NCBI GenBank assembly: GCA_963778655.1
Contig: CAVZVA010000002.1
Location: 128,001-192,000 of the forward strand
Direction: 5' to 3'
Source of the DNA: an uncultured delta proteobacterium
GTDB lineage: Bacteria; Myxococcota_A; Polyangia; Polyangiales; JAFGIB01
Length of the DNA stretch: 64,000 nucleotides
Shown here: piece after piece, positions 56,914 to 64,000 of the stretch
Layout: each line of letters starts with the position of its first letter
Position numbering within the stretch: the first letter of the stretch is position 1
The notes under the pieces: generated by a model
The model's database searches: none
What the model saw: the letters and a program-made list of their open reading frames with translations, nothing else
What the model was told of the DNA's origin: nothing
Position numbers and translations under genes: made by a program

Positions 56914-58146
56914 ATGGCCAAATCCTTGCGCGCGCGCCTGACGGAGCTGCACACCCCCCTGCAATGGGCGGCGCTCGGCGGGCTTTGCGTGCTGCTGCTG
57001 GGCGCAGTGCCGCTGCTCAACCTGGCCGTGCCTGAAGGCTCGGCCTTGCACGTGCCGAACTACCTGATCCCACTGTTCGGCAAGTTCGAGTGCTACGCGC
57101 TGGTGGCGATCGCGATGGACCTATTGTGGGGCTACGCGGGCATCCTCAGCCTGGGGCAGGCGGTGTTCTTCGCCGCCGGCGGCTACGCGATGGGCATGTA
57201 CCTGATGCGCTCGATCGGTACGCAGGGCGTGTACCGCAGCGAGCTGCCCGATTTCATGGTGTTCCTCGACTGGAAGGAGCTGCCGTGGTTCTGGAAGCCG
57301 TTCGACAGCTTCGCGGTCGCCTGCACCGCGGCGCTGCTGGTGCCCGCCGTGTTCGCGCTCATCTTCGGCTTCCTGGCGTTTCGCTCGCGGATCCGCGGCG
57401 TGTACTTCTCGATCATCACCCAGGCGCTGACCTACGCGGCGATGCTGTTGATGTTCCGCAACGACACCGGCTTCGGCGGCAACAACGGCATGACCGACTT
57501 CAAGACCATCCAGGGCTACTCACTGGCGGAGCAGAGCACCAAGGTCACGCTGTACGTAGCCTCGGGGCTGGCGGTGCTGCTGGGCTACCTGATCTGCCGC
57601 TATGTGATCACCAGCAAGGCCGGGCGCGTGTTGATGGCGATCCGCGACCAGGAGAGCCGCGTGATGTTCGCAGGCTATGACCCGGTGCGCTACAAGCTGT
57701 TCGCCTGGACGCTCGCCGCCCTGCTCTCGGGTCTGGCCGGCGCGCTGTACGTGCCGCAGGTCGGCATCATCAACCCCAGCGAGCTCGCGCCCGCGAACTC
57801 GATCGAAATCGCGATCTGGGTCGCGGTGGGCGGCCGCGGCACGCTCGCCGGCGCGGCGCTCGGTGCGCTGCTGGTCAACGGTTTCAAGAGCTACCTGACC
57901 GCTGCCTATCCCGACTTCTGGCTGTTCTTTCTGGGCGGCTTGTTCGTGCTGTGCACGCTGTTCCTGCCCCAGGGCGCGCTCGGCTTGTTGCGCCTGCGCC
58001 GGCTCAAACGACGCCCGAGCGGCCCCGGTCCGCAGCCGCAGGCGCCGCCCTCGGTCGAGAGCGCCGGCGCGCACGAGGGCCAGCAAGCCGCCGGCCGCGA
58101 GCAGACGCAGGAGAGCGCGCGCCAGGTCGCGCCCCACGTGTCATGA
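56914..58146 (+). CDS. urtC: Urea ABC transporter permease
   Basis: DLLWGYAGILSLG, LPDFMVFL, GVYFSIITQAL, WVAVGGRGTL. Confidence 0.93.
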   Translation: MAKSLRARLTELHTPLQWAALGGLCVLLLGAVPLLNLAVPEGSALHVPNYLIPLFGKFECYALVAIAMDLLWGYAGILSLGQAVFFAAGGYAMGMYLMRSIGTQGVYRSELPDFMVFLDWKELPWFWKPFDSFAVACTAALLVPAVFALIFGFLAFRSRIRGVYFSIITQALTYAAMLLMFRNDTGFGGNNGMTDFKTIQGYSLAEQSTKVTLYVASGLAVLLGYLICRYVITSKAGRVLMAIRDQESRVMFAGYDPVRYKLFAWTLAALLSGLAGALYVPQVGIINPSELAPANSIEIAIWVAVGGRGTLAGAALGALLVNGFKSYLTAAYPDFWLFFLGGLFVLCTLFLPQGALGLLRLRRLKRRPSGPGPQPQAPPSVESAGAHEGQQAAGREQTQESARQVAPHVS

Positions 58147-58931
58147 CGGAACACTTCCAACCGCTTGCCGGCAAGCAGCCAGGCGTCATGGGCCACGCGA
58201 TGTTGTGGTTGGACGACGTCACCGTGAGCTTCGACGGGTTCAAGGCGCTCGACCAGCTCAATCTCGTGCTGGACCCCGGAGAGCTGCGCTGCATCATCGG
58301 CCCCAACGGTGCGGGCAAGACCACGATGATGGACGTGATCACGGGCAAGACCCGACCCGATAAGGGCCGCGTCTTCATGGACGGCAGCCGCGTGGAGCTG
58401 ACCCAGTTGAGCGAGCACGAGATCGCGCGCTGTGGCATCGGGCGCAAGTTCCAGCGACCGACCGTGTTCGAGCAGCTGAGCGCGTTTCAGAACCTGGAGC
58501 TCGCCTGTCGCGCGGACAAGGGCGTGTTCCGCACGCTGTTTGCCCGCCTGAGCGCCGAGCAGGAAGAGCGCATCGAGCACGCGCTGCAAACCGTGGGGCT
58601 GAGCGGCCAGCGCCACAGCCGCGCGGGGCTGCTCTCGCACGGGCAGAAGCAGTGGCTCGAGATCGGCATGCTGCTGGTCCAGGACCCCAAGGTGATGCTG
58701 GTGGACGAGCCGGTCGCGGGCATGACCCATCAGGAGATCGACCGCACCGCGGAGCTGCTGGGCGAGCTGGCCGGCGAGCGCACCGTGGTGGTGGTCGAGC
58801 ACGACATGGAGTTCGTGCGGCGGATCGCGCGCACCGTCACCGTGCTGCACGAGGGGCGCGTGCTCGCGGAGGGCAGCATGGACGAAGTGCAGGCTGATCC
58901 GAAGGTGATCGAAGTCTACCTGGGGTCGTAA
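58143..58931 (+). CDS. urtD: Urea ABC transporter ATP-binding protein
   Basis: VSFDGFKAL, GPNGAGKTT, LSHGQKQWLEIG, VIEVYLG. Confidence 0.93.
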   Translation: MTEHFQPLAGKQPGVMGHAMLWLDDVTVSFDGFKALDQLNLVLDPGELRCIIGPNGAGKTTMMDVITGKTRPDKGRVFMDGSRVELTQLSEHEIARCGIGRKFQRPTVFEQLSAFQNLELACRADKGVFRTLFARLSAEQEERIEHALQTVGLSGQRHSRAGLLSHGQKQWLEIGMLLVQDPKVMLVDEPVAGMTHQEIDRTAELLGELAGERTVVVVEHDMEFVRRIARTVTVLHEGRVLAEGSMDEVQADPKVIEVYLGS

Positions 58932-59629
58932 TGGCGCTGCTCGAAGTCGGCCGGCTCAACCAATTCTACGGCGAGAGCCACACGCTCTGGGACATCGATC
59001 TCCAGGTGCCGCAAGGCGAGTGCGTGGTGGTGATGGGCCGCAACGGCGTGGGCAAGACCACGTTGCTCCGCAGCATCATGGGGCTGCTGCCGGCTTCGGG
59101 CAGCATTCGTTTCCAGGACGGCGAGCTGATCGGACAGCCGGCCGAGAGCCGCGCGCGCGTCGGCATCGGCTACGTGCCGCAAGGCCGCGAGATCTTCGCC
59201 CAGCTCACGGTCGAGGAGAACCTGCGCACCGGCGTGCTAGCGCGGGCGGACGGCAAGCGCGAGATCCCGCCCTCGGTGTTCGAGCTGTTCCCGGTGCTGC
59301 GCGAGATGATGCAGCGGCGCGGGGGCGACCTCTCCGGCGGACAGCAGCAGCAGCTCGCCTTCGGGCGCGCGCTGGCTTCCGACCCCAAGCTGCTGCTGCT
59401 GGACGAGCCCACCGAGGGCATTCAGCCCAACATCGTGCAGCAGATCGGCGATGTGGTAGAGAAGCTGCGCAGCGAGCGCAACATCACCGTGCTGCTGGTC
59501 GAGCAGAAGCTTCCCTTCGCGCGGCGCGTGGCGCAGCGCTTCTGTATCCTCGAGCGCGGTCGGGTCGCGGCCAGCGGCCCCATGCCGGAGCTGGGCAGCG
59601 AGCTGGTCGACCGCTATCTCAAGGTGTGA
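58931..59629 (+). CDS. urtE: Urea ABC transporter ATP-binding protein
   Basis: GRNGVGKTT, YVPQGREIF, DLSGGQQQQ, DEPTEGIQP. Confidence 0.94.
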   Translation: MALLEVGRLNQFYGESHTLWDIDLQVPQGECVVVMGRNGVGKTTLLRSIMGLLPASGSIRFQDGELIGQPAESRARVGIGYVPQGREIFAQLTVEENLRTGVLARADGKREIPPSVFELFPVLREMMQRRGGDLSGGQQQQLAFGRALASDPKLLLLDEPTEGIQPNIVQQIGDVVEKLRSERNITVLLVEQKLPFARRVAQRFCILERGRVAASGPMPELGSELVDRYLKV

Positions 59630-59634
59630 GCGGA

Positions 59635-60546
59635 ATGCGCCCGGCGATAGGCTTGACGGCGCCCACCGTTCGCGGGACACGCGCGGTCATGCCGCCCAAG
59701 CAGCCGTCGCCTTCGCCCGGCCCGCGCGGCTGGGAGGCTCGCCTTGAGCTCGAGCTCGAGCTGCGCGAGGGCCGCAGCGTGGTGGCGCGGCGCCGCCACC
59801 ACGGGCCGCTCGTGCTGCAGCGCCCCTTCTATCCGGAGGCCGACGGCACCTGCCACGCCTACCTACTGCACCCGCCCGGAGGCCTGGTCGGCGGCGACCA
59901 CCTCGCGCTGCAGGTGCGCGTGGGCGACGGAGCGCGCCTGCTGCTGACCACGCCCGCGGCCACCAAGCTGTACCGCAGCGCAACGCTCACCGCCCACCAG
60001 GACCATCAGCTCAGGGTCGGGCACGGGGCACGCCTGGAGTGGCTGCCGCAGGAGAGCATCGCCTACGAGGGCACGCGCGCCTCGATCACCACCCGCATCG
60101 AGCTACGAGTTGGGGCCGAGCTGATAGCCTGCGACGTGCTGTGCCTGGGGCGGCCCGCGGCGGGCGAAGGCTTCGAGCGCGGCAGCGTGGAGCAGCGCCT
60201 GCAAATCTACCGCGAAGGCGAGCCGTTGCTGCTGGAGCGAGCGTGCTACCTGGGCGGCGACCCCGGCGCGCGCTCGCCGGTCGGGCTGCGCGGCCAGCCG
60301 GTGGTGGGCACGCTGGTGTGCGTGGCCGAGCGGCGCGACGCGGCCGTGGTAGAGGCGCTGCGCGCCGTGCTCGCCGCCGAAGCGCCCGGCGAGGCGGCGT
60401 GCAGCGAGCTTCCGCACGCGCTCGTCTGCAGGTACCTTGGCCCCAGCGCCGAACGGGCCCAGCGCGCCCTGCGCGCGGCCTGGGCCGTGCTGCGCGCGCG
60501 TTGCTTCGGCACCAGCGCGATTCCCCCGCGCATCTGGGCCACCTGA
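59635..60546 (+). CDS. ureD: Urease accessory protein UreD (start uncertain)
   Basis: GPLVLQRPFYPE, HPPGGLVGGD, TTPAATKLY, WLPQE, PRIW. Confidence 0.92.
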   Translation: MRPAIGLTAPTVRGTRAVMPPKQPSPSPGPRGWEARLELELELREGRSVVARRRHHGPLVLQRPFYPEADGTCHAYLLHPPGGLVGGDHLALQVRVGDGARLLLTTPAATKLYRSATLTAHQDHQLRVGHGARLEWLPQESIAYEGTRASITTRIELRVGAELIACDVLCLGRPAAGEGFERGSVEQRLQIYREGEPLLLERACYLGGDPGARSPVGLRGQPVVGTLVCVAERRDAAVVEALRAVLAAEAPGEAACSELPHALVCRYLGPSAERAQRALRAAWAVLRARCFGTSAIPPRIWAT

Positions 60547-60561
60547 AATCGGAGAATCGCC

Positions 60562-60864
<303 letters not shown>

Positions 60865-60873
60865 GGCACTGCG

Positions 60874-61191
60874 ATGACACCCGGAGAAATCCTGCCCGCC
60901 GCGGGCGAGCTCGAGCTCAACGTCGGCCGCGAGCGCAAGTCGCTCACGGTCGCCAACAAGGGCGACCGCCCGATTCAGGTCGGCTCCCACTACCACTTCT
61001 ATGAGACCAACGATGCGCTCTCGTTCGACCGCCAGGCCGCGTACGGCTTCAGGCTCGACATCGCGGCGGGCACCGCGATCCGCTTCGAGCCGGGCCAGGA
61101 GCGCACGGTGGAGCTGGTGGCGCTGGCCGGCGAGCGCCGCGTGTTCGGCTTCAACGCCAAGGTGATGGGCGCACTGGAGAAAGAGTCATGA
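60874..61191 (+). CDS. ureB: Urease subunit beta
   Basis: [22 protein letters not shown]. Confidence 0.97.
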   Translation: MTPGEILPAAGELELNVGRERKSLTVANKGDRPIQVGSHYHFYETNDALSFDRQAAYGFRLDIAAGTAIRFEPGQERTVELVALAGERRVFGFNAKVMGALEKES

Positions 61192-61336
61192 GACTGCCGC
61201 AATCGAGCCCAGGCACAGGAACCGCTCGGCAGACGCCGGAGGACTACGGGCGGGGGTGGGCGGGGGGACTATATCCGCAGCGCAGGGAGTGGACCGCGCG
61301 GAGCGCGGGACGGGGACCCACCAGCGAGGACAAGCC

Positions 61337-63040
<1,704 letters not shown>

Positions 63041-63045
63041 GCGCC

Positions 63046-63582
63046 ATGCCCCCGCGCGAGACCCGCACGCTCGAAGAGGACGCCCCGGCCGGCAGCGCGT
63101 ACGACGGCACGCTCACGCTGCCGTTCGAGCTGCGGCGCAAGAGCCGGCTGCGCGCGCGGCTCGACGGCGGACAGGAGGTAGCGCTGCGCTTGCCGCGCGG
63201 GCGCGTGCTGCGCGACGGCGACCGGCTGCGCGCGGCCGATGGCTTCGTGGTTCGGGTGCGCGCCGCGGACGAGGCGCTCTCGACCGCCAGCGCCGCCGAC
63301 GCCACCGCGCTGGCCCGCGGCGCCTACCATCTGGGCAATCGCCACGTGCCGGTGCAGGTGGGCCAGGGCGTGCTGCGCTACCAGCACGACCACGTGCTGG
63401 ACGCGATGCTGCGGGCGCTCGGGTTGGTGGTGAGCAGCGAGCAAGGGCCGTTCGAGCCGGAGGGCGGGGCGTACGGGGGGCACGGGCATGCGGGCGGGGG
63501 GCACGGCCACGGGCACGAACAGGGGCAGGGGCAGGGGCAGGGGCAGGGGCAGGGGCAGGGGCAGGGGCAGGGGCAGGGGTAA
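63046..63582 (+). CDS. ureE: Urease accessory Ni chaperone UreE
   Basis: RRKSRLR, AYHLGNRH, PFEPEGGAY, His-rich tail. Confidence 0.93.
   Translation: MPPRETRTLEEDAPAGSAYDGTLTLPFELRRKSRLRARLDGGQEVALRLPRGRVLRDGDRLRAADGFVVRVRAADEALSTASAADATALARGAYHLGNRHVPVQVGQGVLRYQHDHVLDAMLRALGLVVSSEQGPFEPEGGAYGGHGHAGGGHGHGHEQGQGQGQGQGQGQGQGQGQG
63520..63579 (+). repeat. (CAGGGG)x10 perfect tandem repeat encoding (QG)10 at the UreE C-terminus
   Basis: Ten exact hexamers directly before TAA at 63580-63582. Confidence 0.95.
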
Positions 63583-63719
63583 GAGCGTGAAACAGGAAGG
63601 TGGGAAGAGTTGAGGGTCGAGCGCCTTCCGGATCGTCTCGCAGAACAACAGCCTCCTTCCCGAGCTCCTGTGAAACCGAAGATCGCTCGCAGCCCGGGAC
63701 GATGGAGAGCGCCAGGGGT

Positions 63720-64000
63720 ATGAGCATGCAAGCACGACTGGGGTTGTTGAGGCTCGTGAGCCCGGCGTTGCCGGTGGGGGGGTTTTCGTATTCGCGTGGG
63801 TTGGAGGGGGCGGTGGCGGCCGGCTGGGTGCACGACGAGCGCAGCGCGGGCGACTTCGTGATCGACGTGCTGGAGCGGTCGCTGTGCCCGCTCGATGGCG
63901 CGGTGCTGTGCCGCTTGCTGCAGGCCTTCCGAGACGACGAGCGGGACGCGGTGCTGCACTGGACGCGGCTGCTGACCGCTTTTCGCGAGAGCCGCGAGCT
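63720..64000 (+). CDS. ureF: Urease accessory protein UreF, truncated by window end
   Basis: Manual translation [37 protein letters not shown]...RESRE; absent from the ORF track. Confidence 0.9.
   Translation, partial: MSMQARLGLLRLVSPALPVGGFSYSRGLEGAVAAGWVHDERSAGDFVIDVLERSLCPLDGAVLCRLLQAFRDDERDAVLHWTRLLTAFRESRE

Overview
Very GC-rich bacterial window, most likely Myxococcota/Polyangia-like. This is an inference from a MYXO-CTERM-type tail, eukaryote-like Ser/Thr kinases, Cys-rich and DAG-linker lipoproteins, and an ECF-FecR module. From left to right: (1) a giant minus-strand lipoprotein gene (13731 to <1, >4577 aa) that the ORF track misses because it runs off the window edge; it has a long adhesin-like stalk ending in an RHS/YD core; (2) an orphan LuxR-type response regulator with a duplicated palindrome, a Ser/Thr kinase, a small ORF with a sigma54-like promoter, a lipoprotein and a CYP136-like P450; (3) a LolA-like/LolCDE-like ABC cluster with an outer-membrane protein; (4) a kinase-ATPase fusion and four GT-C-like membrane proteins, three of them paralogs; (5) a minus-strand operon YceI - Tat Rieske - EF-hand NOX5-like oxidase (apparent frameshift) - octaheme cytochrome c lipoprotein, divergent from a beta-barrel/ECF sigma/FecR/Cys-rich lipoprotein module; (6) a MYXO-CTERM beta-propeller, a 171-bp MITE-like element, a TerB protein, a large Ig-repeat lipoprotein and a DsbA-like protein; (7) the urtABCDE urea transporter and ureDABCE plus partial ureF. 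The best candidate for an undescribed system is the NOX5-like/Rieske/octaheme/YceI operon. All family assignments come from motifs read by eye; no database searches were run.
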